Shown here piece by piece: positions 28,550 to 43,035 of a stretch of DNA of 64,000 bases. The stretch comes from Eledone cirrhosa. Its lineage: Eukaryota. Under the pieces are notes generated by a model. It was not told the DNA's origin and did no database searches. It saw only the letters and a list, made by a program, of their open reading frames with translations. The DNA lies in NCBI GenBank assembly GCA_964016885.1, contig OZ024741.1, positions 53,444,001-53,508,000 of the forward strand. The letters are read 5' to 3'. The position numbers were made by a program, and so were the translations under genes. The first letter of the stretch is position 1, and the number at the start of each line of letters is the position of its first letter.

Positions 28550-31500
28550 TACCACCAACCCCAAGAACACCAGCACTACCACCAACACCAGCACTACCTC
28601 TAGCACCACTACTACCAACACCACCAACACCAGCACTACCTCTAGCACAACCACCACCAACACCACCAAGACCAACACTAGTTCTAGCACCAACACTACC
28701 AACACCAAAAAGACCAACACTACCACTAGCACCACAACTACCAACACCAACAAGACCAACACTACCACTAGCACCACCACTACCAACACCAAGAAGACCA
28801 ATACTACCACTAGCACCACCACAACCAACACCAACAAGACCAACACTACCTCTAGCACCACCACTACCAACACCACCAAGACCAACACTACCACTAGCAC
28901 CACCACTACCAACACCAACGAGACCAGCACTACCACTAGCACCACCACTACCAACACCACCAAGACCAACACTACCACAAGCACCACCACTACCAACACC
29001 AACAAGACCAACACTACCTCTAGCACCACCACTACCAACACCAACAAGAGCAACACTACCTCTAGCACCACCACTACCAACACCAACGAGACCAGCACTA
29101 CCACTAGCACCACCACTACCAACACCACCAAGACCAACACTACCTCTAGCACCACCACTACCAACACCACCAAGACCAACACTACCTCTAGCACCACCAC
29201 TACCAACACCACCAAGACCAACACTACCACTAGCACCACCACTACCAACACCACCAAGACCAGCACTACCACTAGCACCACCACTACCAACACCACCACC
29301 ACCAACACTACCACTAGCACCACCACTACCAACACCACCAAGACCAACACTACCACTAGCACCACCACTACCAACACCACCAAGACCAACACTACCACTA
29401 GCACCACCACTACCAACACCACCAAGACCAGCACTACCTCTAGCACCACCACTACCAACACCACCAAGGCCAACACTACCACTAGCACCACCACTACCAA
29501 CACCACCAAGACCAACACTACCACTAGCACCACCTCTACCAACACCACCAAGACCAACACTACCACTAGCACCACCACTACCAACACCACCAAGACCAAC
29601 ACTACCACTAGCACCACCACTACCAACACCACCAAGACCAACACTACCAATAGCACCACCACTACCAACACCACCAAGACCAACACTACCACTAGCACCA
29701 CCACTACCAACACCACCAAGACCAACACTACCACTAGCACCACCTCTACCAACACCACCAAGACCAACACTACCACTAGCACCACCACTACCAACACCAC
29801 CAAGACTAACACTACCACTAGCACCACCTCTACCAACACCACCAAGACCAACACTACCTCTAGCACCACCACTACCAACACCACCAAGACCAACACTACC
29901 ACTAGCACCACCTCTACCAACACCACCAAGACCAACACTACCACTAGCACCACCACTACCAACACCACCAGGACCAACACTACCACTAGCACCACCTCTA
30001 CCAACACCACCAAGACCAACACTACCACTAGCACCACCACTACCAACACCACCAACACCAACACTACCACTAGCACCACCACTACCAACACCACCAAGAC
30101 CAACACTACCAATAGCACCACCACTACCAACACCACCAAGACCAACACTACCTCTAGCACCACCACTACCAACACCACCAAGACCAGCGCTACCACTAGC
30201 ACCACCACTACCAACACCACCAAGACCAACACTACCACTAGCACCACCACTACCAACACCAACAAGACCAACACTACCACTAGCACCACCACTACCAACA
30301 CCACCAAGACCAACACTACCTCTAGCACCACCACTACCAACACCACCAAGACCAACACTACCTCTAGCACCACCACTACCAACACCAACAAGACCAACAC
30401 TACCTCTAGCACCACCACTACCAACACCAACAAGAACAACACTACCACTAGCACCACCACTACCAACACCAAGAAGACCAGCACTACCTCTAGCACCACC
30501 ACCACCAACACCAGCAAGACCAACACTACCACTAGCACCTCCACTACCAACACCAAGAAGACCAACAGTACCACTAGCACCTCCACTACCAACACCACCA
30601 AGACCAGCGCTACCACTAGCACCACCACTACCAACACCACCAAGACCAACACAACCACTAGCACCACCACTACCAACACCACCAAGACCAGCGCTACCAC
30701 TAGCACCACCACTACCAACACCAACAAGACCAACACTACCACTAGCACCACCACTACCAACACCACCAAGACCAGCGCTACCACTAGCACCACCACTACC
30801 AACACCACCAAGACCAACACTACCACTAGCACCACCACTACCAACACCACCAAGACCAACACTACCACTAGCACCACCACTACCAACACCACCAAGACCA
30901 ACACTACCACTAGCACCACCACTACCAACACCACCAAGACCAGCGCTACCACTAGCACCACCACTACCAACACCACCAAGACCAACACTACCACTAGCAC
31001 CACCACTACCAACACCACCAAGACCAGCGCTACCACTAGCACCACCACTACCAACACCACCAAGACCAACACTACCACTAGCACCACCACTACCAACACC
31101 ACCAAGACCAACACTACCTCTAGCAACACCACTACCAACACCACCAAGACCAACACTACCACTAGCACCACCACTACCAACACCACCAAGACCAACACTA
31201 CCTCTAGCACCACCACTACCAACACCACCAAGACCAACACTACCACTAGCACCACCACTACCAACACCACCAAGACCAGCGCTACCACTAGCACCACCAC
31301 TACCAACACCAACAAGACCAACACTACCACTAGCACCACCACTACCAACACCACCAAGACCAACACTACCTCTAGCACCACCACTACCAACACCACCAAC
31401 ACCAACACTACCACTAGCACCACCACTACCAACACCACCAAGACCAGCGCTACCACTAGCACCACCACTACCAACACCACCAAGACCAACACTACCACTA

Positions 31501-34500
31501 GCACCACCACTACCAACACCACCAAGACCAACACTACCACTAGCACCACCACTACCAACACCACCAAGACCAACACTACCACTAGCACCACCTCTACCAA
31601 CACCACCGAGACCAACACTACCACTAGCACCACCACTACCAACACCAACAAGAACCGCACTACCACTAGCACCACCACTACCAACACCACCAAGACCAAC
31701 ACTACCACTAGCACCACCACTACCAACACCACCAAGACCAACACTACCTCTAGCACCACCACTACCAACACCACCAAGACCAACACTACCTCTAGCACCA
31801 CCACCACCAACACCACCAAGACCAACACTACCACTAGCACCACCACTACCAACACCACCAAGACCAACACTACCACTAGCACCACCACTACCAACACCAC
31901 CAAGACCAACACTACCACTAGCACCACCACTACCAACACCACCAAGACCAACACTACCTCTAGCACCACCACTACCAACACCAACCAACCAACACTACCT
32001 CTAGCACCACCACCACCAACACCACCAAGACCAACACTACCACTAGCACCACCACTACCAACACCACCAAGACCAACACTACCACTAGCAACACCTCTAC
32101 CAACACCACCGAGACCAACACTACCACTAGCACCACCACTACCAACACCAACAAGAACCGCACTACCACTAGCACCACCACTACCAACACCACCAAGACC
32201 AACACTACCTCTAGCACCACCACCACCGACACCACCAAGACCAACAGTACCACTAGCACCACCACTACCAACACCACCAAGACCAACACTACCACTAGCA
32301 CCACCACTACCAACACCAACAAGACCAACACTACCACTAGCACCACCTCTACCAACACCAACAAGACCAACACTACCTCTGGCACCACCACTACCAACAC
32401 CAACAAGACCAACACTACCACTAGCACCACCACTACCAACACCAACAAGACCAACACTACCACTAGCACCACCACTACCAACACCAACAAGACCAACACT
32501 ACCACTAGCACCACCACTACCAACACCAACAAGACCAACACTACCTCTAGCACCACCACTACCAACACCACCAAGACCAACACTACCTCTAGCACCACCA
32601 CTACCAACACCAACAAGACCAGCACTACCACTAGCACCACCACTACCAACACCACCAAGACCAACACTACCACTAGCACCACCACTACCAACACCACCAA
32701 GACCAACACTACCTCTAGCACCACCACTACCAACACCACCAAGACCAACACTACCACTAGCACCACCACTACCAACACCAACAAGACCAACACTACCACT
32801 AGCACCACCACTACCAACACCAACCAACCAACACTACCTCTAGCACCACCACCACCAACACCACCAAGACCAACACTACCACTAGCACCACCACTACCAA
32901 CACCACCAAGACCAACACTACCACTAGCGCCACCACTACCAACACCAACCAACCAACACTACCTCTAGCACCACCACCACCAACACCACCAAGACCAACA
33001 CTACCACTAGCACCACCACTACCAACACCACCAAGACCAACACTACCACTAGCACCACCACTACCAACACCAACAAGACCAACACTACCACTAGCGCCAC
33101 CACCACTACCAACACCAACAAGACCAACACCAACAAGACCAACACTACCACTAGCACCACCACTACCAACACCACCAAGACCAACACTACCTCTAGCACC
33201 ACCACTACCAACACCACCAAGACCAACACTACCACTAGCACCACCACTACCAACACCACCAAGACCAACACTACCTCTAGCACCACCACTAACAACACCA
33301 CCAAGACCAACACTACCACTAGCACCACCACTACCAACACCAACAAGACCAACACTACCACTAGCACCACCACTACCAACACCACCAAGACCAACACTAC
33401 CTCTAGCACCACCACTACCAACACCAACAAGACCAGCACTACCACTAGCACCACCACTACCAACACCACCAAGACCAACACTACCACTAGCACCATCACT
33501 ACCAACACCACCGAGACCAACACTACCTCTAGCACCACCACTACCAACACCACCAAGACCAACACTACCACTAGCACCACCACTACCAACACCACCAAGA
33601 CCAACACTACCACTAGCACCACCACTACCAACACCAACCAACCAACACTACCTCTAGCACCACCACCACCAACACCACCAAGACCAACACTACCACTAGC
33701 ACCACCACTACCAACACCAACCAACCAACACTACCACTAGCACCACCACTACCAACACCAACAAGACCAACACTACCACTAGCGCCACCACCACTACCAA
33801 CACCAACAAGACCAACACCAACAAGACCAACACTACCACTAGCACCACCACTACCAACACCACCAAGACCAACACTACCACTAGCACCACCACTACCAAC
33901 ACCACTAAGACCAACACTACCACTAGCACCACCACTACCAACACCAACAAGACCAACACTACCACTAGCGCCACCACCACTACCAACACCAACAAGACCA
34001 ACACCAACAAGACCAACACTACCACTAGCACCACCACTACCAACACCACCAAGACCAACACTACCACTAGCGCCACCACCACTACCAACACCAACAAGAC
34101 CAACACTACCTCTAGCACCACCACTACCAACACCAACAAGACCAGCACTACCACTAGCACCACCACTACCAACACCACCAAGACCAACACTACCACTAGC
34201 GCCACCACCACTACCAACACCAACAAGACCAACACTACCACTAGCGCCACCACCACTACCCACACCAACAAGACCAACACTACCTCTAGCACCACCACTA
34301 CCAACACCACCAAGACCAACACTACCACTAGCACCACCACTACCAACACCACCAAGACCAACACTACCACTAGCACCACCACTACCAACACCACCAAGAC
34401 CAACACTACCACTAGCACCACCACTACCAACACCACCAAGACCAGCACTACCTCTAGCACCACCACTACCAACACCAACAAGAGCAGCACTACCACTAGC

Positions 34501-34735
34501 ACCACCACTACCAACACCACCAAGACCAACACTACCACTAGCACCACCACTACCAACACCAACAAGACCAACACTACCACTAGCGCCACCACCACTACCC
34601 ACACCAACAAGACCAACACTACCTCTAGCACCACCACTACCAACACCACTAAGACCATCACTACCACTAGCACCACCACAACCAACACCACCAAGACCAA
34701 CACTACCACCAGCACCACCACAACCAACACCACAA
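28550..34735. repeat. 42-bp minisatellite, roughly 147 units (consensus ACCAACACTACCACTAGCACCACCACTACCAACACCACCAAG)
   Basis: 14-triplet unit read directly. Edges are degenerate. 41-bp and 45-bp variant units occur in the right half. Confidence 0.96.
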
Positions 34736-35099
34736 CAATCAAAAACATTTACACCACCACCAACACCACCACCACCAACGACAACAACAACAACCATAAC
34801 AACATAAATGATAATAATAGTAATAATAAAAAAATGGAAACGAAACTGAAGGAAAAGGCAAAAACACAGTCGTAATAAAACTCCTAACAAACAAGAATAT
34901 AAACGTACAAGTGTATAATATATAAAAATAGAGAAGTATTGGGGAGAAGAAGAAATCCCAAATTAGTTTCGTTTGAAGTTGAAGGGAAAATAATTTTCAT
35001 GTGATTTAAAAGATTTAGACACACCCCAACTCCCCACAAAATATATAAAGTAAGCCAAAATACAATAACGGTCCAATGAAAAGCTACACATACAAACAT

Positions 35100-35157
35100 C
35101 ATATATACATACAATCACATATGTGTATGTGCATATATATATATGTATATAAATATA

Positions 35158-35203
<46 letters not shown>

Positions 35204-35240
35204 TGTATATATATATATATATAAATATATATATATGCAT

Positions 35241-35272
<32 letters not shown>

Positions 35273-35420
35273 ATATATATATATAAATATATATATATAT
35301 GTGCATATATATATATATATATATAAATATATATATATATTTATATATATATATATATATATTTTATATATATACACACAATTATATAAATATACATATG
35401 TATGTATTTACACACACACA

Positions 35421-35469
<49 letters not shown>

Positions 35470-35480
35470 TTATATATATC
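35100..35480. repeat. (TA)n tract
   Basis: Directly visible. Confidence 0.95.
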
Positions 35481-35746
35481 TAAAGGAGGCTAATCGAATA
35501 TCAATTAACATAAAAAAAGGATTTATGCTATACATATTAGGAGTGAGAGAGAGGATCTATCTTTTTGTATGGATTTGTCTTTTGCTCTATTTTAAGGCGC
35601 AAGAAGGTCATGACGTGACGATGGTGGTTTGGTAGCCATGTTTACCAATCTTTTTTATATATGTATGTATGTATATATGTATGTATGTATGTAAGTATCT
35701 ATGTAACTATGTATGTAAGTATGTATGTATGCACGTATGTATGTAT

Positions 35747-36066
35747 GGTATCCAATGATGTTGATTTGTTCTTCTTTTTGGTAAATATCATCTTGGTTAA
35801 GAGAGTGGGACTGGCTTTGTGCAGTGCCTTTGCTCACTATAAAAGCTTCACGGCACAGGCATTGCTTTATATCTGGAGATCTCTCTGCAGTTGTCGTCAC
35901 ATGGTACCATGGGCCCAGCACTATGTGTCAGTAATTGTCACAAGTGTAGTGTTTGTACCAGAGTTTTCAAGTCGCTGGCTGGACTAAAAAGTCACACTCG
36001 TGGTAGGGCTACTCCTACATGGATATAAAGTAGTGGCCGTACTCGAAAACGAGTTGGCAGCCACCA
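35747..36066 (+). mobile_element. RTE-like non-autonomous element, copy 3 (5'-truncated, no LTR insert), embedded in (GTAT)n
   Basis: Reverse complement of 12601-12748 plus 13073-13233; (TATG)n on both flanks. Confidence 0.8.
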
Positions 36067-36383
36067 TGTATGTATGTACGTATGTATGTACGTATGATTG
36101 TACGTATGTATGTAAGTATTTATATATGTATGTATGCATTTATATATGTATGTACGTATGCATGTATGTATGTATATATGTATGTACGTATATATGTATG
36201 TATATATGTATGTATGTATGTACGTATGTAATTTAGGAACGTATGTATGTATGTACGTATGAATATATGTATGTATGTATGTACGTATGTGTGTACGTAT
36301 GTATGTATGTATATATGTATGCATGTATAGAAGAATACTCAATCACACTCATACATACACAGAAATATAATTATAATAATAAT

Positions 36384-36632
36384 TGTTTCTATATTTGGCA
36401 CAAGGCCAACAATTACCCCAGTGCATTAAATAATAATAATAATAATTGTTTCTACTTTAGGCACAAGGCCAACAATTACCCAGTACATTACTGGTACTTT
36501 ATTTTATCGACCCCGTAAGAATGAAAGGAAAAGTAAACCTCGGCGGGATTTGAACTCAGACTGTAAAGGGACGTAACTATGTTAGAAAGCATGGCGTCCG
36601 ACCCTCTACCGATACTGCCAATCCATCGCCCT
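36384..36632 (-). mobile_element. tRNA-SINE with duplicated 3' end and (ATT)n tails
   Basis: Full copy at 36445-36632 plus an extra 3' piece at 36384-36427. Confidence 0.88.
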
Positions 36633-36651
36633 AAACAATAATAATAATAAT

Positions 36652-36864
36652 GATTTCATTTATTAGCCACAAGCGCCGACATGTAGGGGACAATACAAAG
36701 ACAGGGACAGTGGGGGTTTACAATAAAGTTGAGTAAAAGTGCACAATGGCAAGACTAATTTAACAATGAAGTTATAAAATATATAAAATAAACTATGCAT
36801 AAATATAACAAAATAAATTCCCCGATAGGGGGTGGACGACCCTGGGGTATGTGGGATACCCCAC
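36652..36864 (-). mobile_element. Tx1-like 3'UTR-only fragment (copy F lineage) inside (ATT)n
   Basis: Similar to 43036-43200 (GCCAC...GACAATACAA.AGACAGGGACAGTG...CCCC.ATAGGG); (AAT)n on both sides. Confidence 0.78.
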
Positions 36865-36990
36865 CAATAATAATAATAAGGTACGTGTCAAACTATCATC
36901 AATCTGATTATTCAGGTGTGACGCGCGTTTAGCCACCGATCAAGTACAATCAGTATTGATCACGACCGACTCTGTAGTCAATATATCTAT

Positions 36991-37882
<892 letters not shown>

Positions 37883-38586
37883 GTGCCTGTTTGCGGGAAT
37901 GTGTTAATGTATGCATGTACATATGCATTTATGTATGTGTGTATATGCATGTGTATTTGCGTATTAGTATGCCATACGTAAATAACATTTGCGGTCATTC
38001 AATATATTACGTCATATCCAGATACATTTACAAGCACACCTACTCACACGCTCGTAAGTGCGCATGCTCAGGCAATGATGGAGAAATGTGTTAAAGAGAG
38101 ATAGAGAGCGTTAGTGGGATTCCGAGTGATTGGCTGCGAGAGAGAGAGACGCGAGAGAGAGAAAGTGGACTTAAAATCTATTCATTGATATATGTGTCTG
38201 TAGTAACATTTATATCTGTGTATTTAAGTGTATCATTTGTTCTTTTGTCATATATTTTAAATTTTATTTATTACATGTAACATAATTCTTTCGTCTGTCT
38301 TATTTTTGTTCAACTATTTGATGTAATACAGTGTCAATTCACTGGTTGCTGAACTGACAGTAATGAAGTCACTGCGTATAGAAATAACGATAGATATGAT
38401 TTTTCTCCTGTGTGAGAACTCGTAATATTATTCATATATATTGACTAAGCACCTGACTATACATCAGATGCTGTGGTGTATTGTGATGGCGTCTATCCCA
38501 TAATTCTAAGAAAACGTATATGATTTAATAATTTAATATGATGTTTCATGTATATGATATATATATACACGAACATATATATATAT

Positions 38587-38833
38587 ATAATAAATGTAAT
38601 CTGAGTTTTTGAATATCAATAATAATATTCGCTTCGTTTGCAATTATGTAAATAGCCCCTTTTAAGCCATGTCAGTCGAATGAGCACCCTATTCTTGGTC
38701 TTGTGATTACTCTTCAACACAAAAGCAAGAATGAGGGGCTCATTCTTCTGACATGGCTTAAGAGTGGATGTTTGCATAATTGCAAAAGAATCGAATATTA
38801 TTGATATTCGTAAAACTCAGATTACATTTATCA
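38587..38833. mobile_element. Palindromic (foldback/MITE-like) element, ~245 bp, in TA-repeat context
   Basis: ATAAATGTAATCTGAGTTTT...TTAAGCCATGTCAG..GAATGAGC is mirrored by GCTCATTC..CTGACATGGCTTAA...AAAACTCAGATTACATTTAT. The terminal motif recurs at 39351-39369. Confidence 0.8.
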
Positions 38834-38859
38834 TCTCTCTCTATATATATCTATATATC

Positions 38860-38917
<58 letters not shown>

Positions 38918-38945
38918 AAAATGTTCAAGACCCCTACGGCATAGC

Positions 38946-39131
38946 TCAAGCCGTTTCGACGGCTATTTCTGGACCGAAGTCCTGGTTGTCGCGGTATCTA
39001 TCGTAGAAAAATGTTCTCCATCTCAATCTTTTCGCAATCAAGTCAATTTTTTGCGTCAGCATCCGTGGGTAAAGTTTTCTCGGTGCAACTGGGATGTTCT
39101 TGGTGGAGAAGTCGATAGTGTGTTTTCGCAT
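38946..39131 (-). pseudogene. Penelope-like element ORF N-terminal fragment, within an insert of ~38916-39270 in (TA)n
   Basis: FSTKNIPV....Y...L..KID...KRLRWRTFFY resembles the YSxKNIP...KRMRWKAxFF N-terminal block of PLE ORFs (recalled, not searched). Confidence 0.6.
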
Positions 39132-39272
39132 GATAGGTATAATGAAGAAACTGGGGCTGGGTGGAAAAGTCGGGATATGGCGTGGTAGGGTCGGAAAGTG
39201 CTCTACTACAGAGGTAGGAGCTAGCTAGATAACGAAGGAAGTGTGGGAAGGAACAAGGTGGACCTTAACGCA

Positions 39273-39329
<57 letters not shown>

Positions 39330-39452
39330 CATCCACCGTCAAAACACAGCAAACTCAGATTACATTTATTGCATTCAGCCATGTAGAGCGACAACTATTT
39401 GTTAGTTATTTGAATATTGCAAAGCTGGCCATTAATCGCTCGTATACATGAA

Positions 39453-39560
39453 ACTGACTGGCCTATCTGCTGATATGCAAATCTGACTGATTAGGGGATT
39501 TGCAAATATGCAGATCTGACTGATCAGCCAGTCTGCTAATATGCAAATCAGACCGCTCAG
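39453..39560. repeat. 33-bp degenerate tandem repeat x3 carrying octamer motifs
   Basis: ATGCAAAT at 39475, ATGCAGAT at 39508, ATGCAAAT at 39541. Confidence 0.75.
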
Positions 39561-40013
39561 TCACTGTATATTTCATAAAATATCATATATTTTTTACTAG
39601 CTTTGACAGTTGCCAGTTGAACAGTAAACTGCACTGATGTAGGGTAATCACCCAGAAACATTAGTGTCTGCAGTTCTGTTTACATGCCAACACAAGAGCA
39701 AAGATACAGCTCGTCTTATCGTGAGCCAGAACAGCAGACTGTGCGCCACCCATTATCACACATACATATATACATGATCTGGACTATAATTGGCTACAAT
39801 CAGCTCGATTCCAGGATCGATTTTCATAGTGAAATTTAGAATCGGAAAAGGCGGACTATTTCCAGATTCTAATCTCCAATACGTGTGATGAGGAAATCGA
39901 TTCTACAATAGTGCTGAATTTAACTGTTTAAAGTTCCAAGTAGGTCATTTGTAAAGAAAAAAACGTGTTACGAGTGATTACGAATATATATTGAAAGATA
40001 ACTTCGATGTCTT

Positions 40014-40052
<39 letters not shown>

Positions 40053-40189
40053 ATACAAATGTGTACACACACACACGCACGCACACACACACCCCCGCAC
40101 ACACACATATATATATACGTATATATATATTTATCTCTATATATGTATATATATATACACGTATATATATATTTATCTATCTATCTAAC

Positions 40190-40332
<143 letters not shown>

Positions 40333-40390
40333 TGTGTATGTGTGTGTGTGTGTGTGTGTGTATACTCACACACACACACAAACATATTTT

Positions 40391-40540
40391 TAATTAAAAT
40401 TTGAAATTTTAAATGATTCGTGACCGAACCCATTTTGTTTCAGTCAAATAAGCTTTTGAAACGATTCAGTTGAAAATATCAACTGATCAAAATCATTGAG
40501 CTTTTGTCATGAATCATTTTAAATTTTATCTTTAATTAAT
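40391..40540. mobile_element. Imperfect palindromic MITE-like element
   Basis: AAATTTTAAATGATTCGTGAC ... GTCATGAATCATTTTAAATTT. Confidence 0.55.
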
Positions 40541-41006
40541 AAACAGTAGTTTTTTTCGATATCTAGACACGTCTTGAATCCCCAGTTTAAGATGGCCTCA
40601 GGCATTTAGCCCGCACTACAATTACTTATATAAATGTGTGTTCGTACGCTATATTACTTGTCCCAATAGCTTTATTTAGCTATTGCTCGCACCAACTAGA
40701 TGTATATGATTTTTAAAGCGATGAAATACCAATGAAAGTTGGAAAATCACTGATGAAGGACTAATTTTATTCATATGTAACCCATGTGCAACCACGAAGC
40801 ACTCAATTCTTCTCATATTTATATATATATATTTTCCCCAGCTGCGTTTGTCTGTTTCTTTCTTACTACTTCCCCCCTCTCTCTATCTCTCACCTTCTTT
40901 CGTCCCCTCTGTCAGTCACACTTTCTCTCGACTGGCCTCTTCCTCGCACGTCTAATTTTATTGATATGTAACACATGTACAACCACGCAGCACTCAATTC
41001 TTCTCA

Positions 41007-41101
<95 letters not shown>

Positions 41102-41290
41102 TAGAAAGTGAGTTTCTTTTTACAAAATGAAAAAAAACGAGGTGTCCTACACGAGTGAAAGTATAAGGAAAAAGATGAAATCGAAAATGCAAATGGAGTC
41201 ATTTTTTTTTAAAATATATTTATTTGGTTTGTTTACCGGTTTCGCTTTTCAAAAATAGAATTGAGATGTAGGGATTGTGGTTTTTCTCAC

Positions 41291-41370
<80 letters not shown>

Positions 41371-42084
41371 GTAGACACAAACATACACACATATATATAT
41401 GTATGTATATATGTGTGTGTGTGTGTGTGTGTTTGTGTATGTGTGTGTGTGAGTGTGCATTAGTTATCTCCCTTGGTACACTTCTTTTATGCCGAATTAC
41501 TATTTATCAGCCACTCTCCAAGATCGCCGACTGAATACGAATGTGTGATTTTTTTCGTCCCCAATTTCTTTTTCTCATTTTCCCCGTTCCTTCCTCTAAG
41601 CATTCTTTATTTTCTATTTATCTTCTATTTCTAACTCTATTTTCTGACGACGGACTAGTTTCCAAACGGGTAAGACTCTCTTCCTGCTATTTCAAGAGTT
41701 AAACTAATATATTTCTTCCATATACTGTGCCGTTTGTTTTGTTATACTTGTTATTCTTATTTACTTTTTACATAAATATATTCATATATGTACATAGGTA
41801 TGTATGTGTATGTGTGTGTGAGGATGTGTATGTGTGTGTGTTATTCATAGTCAAAAAAAGATTTTTTTCAAGGACAGTGTAATTCAAAGACAGAGATCAA
41901 ATGCAGCCGATACCTTCAAATTTACATATCACACTTTCGATGTTTTTAGTCCACACATTCTCATCCGCCATATATTTTCTTTCATTCTTCTTTTTAAATA
42001 AGTATATGATCCATAACGAACTTATCACTTTAGCTTTGATGTTTGTGGCGATGACTGATTTAATGCGGAGGTTGGTATAGGTAA

Positions 42085-42087
42085 TAG

Positions 42088-42121
<34 letters not shown>

Positions 42122-42347
42122 AATGGTTGATTACCATAACTATGAAAGTAAGACTAATGATGATGATAGTGAACACGATGATGGTGATGATGATGATAAC
42201 AATGATGATGGTGATGATGATAATGATGATGTTGATGATGGTGATGATGGTGATGATGATAATAACGATGGTGATAGTGACAGGATAATGATGATGATGA
42301 TGATGATCACGATTATGATGATGATGATGATAAGGATGATAATGGCA

Positions 42348-42384
<37 letters not shown>

Positions 42385-42739
42385 GGATGATGATGAGGAT
42401 GATGATGATAAAAGTTATGATTTTGATGAATGCTAAAAAATGATGATTAGACGATGGTAATATAGATTGCGGCGACATATTACGATCCCCCACCACTACA
42501 CTACTGAACCTGCTCTTACTTCAGCTGTGTGTGATGGTGGAGGTGTTGCTGCTGCTACTAGTGCTGGAGCTCCAATAGAAGAATTACTGATTAGTTTGGT
42601 GCCGCACTGAGGACCAATGCATTTTGGGAGAGTTAATTAGAGCAGATAACGTTTCTTAGATTAGAATATTTTCCCTCCCCGCACACTATATTGTTTTTGT
42701 TATGTTTAATATGTTGATGCTGCTTTACAACAACAACAC

Positions 42740-42771
<32 letters not shown>

Positions 42772-42815
42772 GCTGCTGATGCTGCTGCTGCTGTTGTTAC
42801 TACTGTCGTTTCTGA

Positions 42816-42859
<44 letters not shown>

Positions 42860-42945
42860 GTACTACTACTAGTACTACTACTACTACTACTACTACTATT
42901 GCTGCTGCTTCTGCTGCTACTACTACTATTAGTACTACTTCTTAT
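42085..42945. repeat. (GAT)n and (CTA/CTG)n triplet tracts
   Basis: Directly visible. Confidence 0.92.
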
Positions 42946-42949
42946 AATA

Positions 42950-43020
42950 ATTGTTTCTACTTTAGGCACAAGGCCACCAGTAATTATCCCAGTGCATCAC
43001 TGGTACTTTATTTTATCGAC
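42950..43020 (-). mobile_element. tRNA-SINE 3' fragment
   Basis: TTGTTTCTACTTTAGGCACAAGGCC...GGTACTTTATTTTATCGAC. Confidence 0.85.
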
Positions 43021-43035
43021 CTCAACAATAATAAT

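Noticed and set aside
28406-34890. 1459-aa Thr-rich mucin-like, 1151-aa Gly-rich silk-like and poly-Val ORFs
   Set aside because: They arise from a stop-poor 42-bp repeat open on both strands, use non-ATG starts, have recurrent frameshifting units and no unique domains. Kept only as a repeat and a low-confidence finding.
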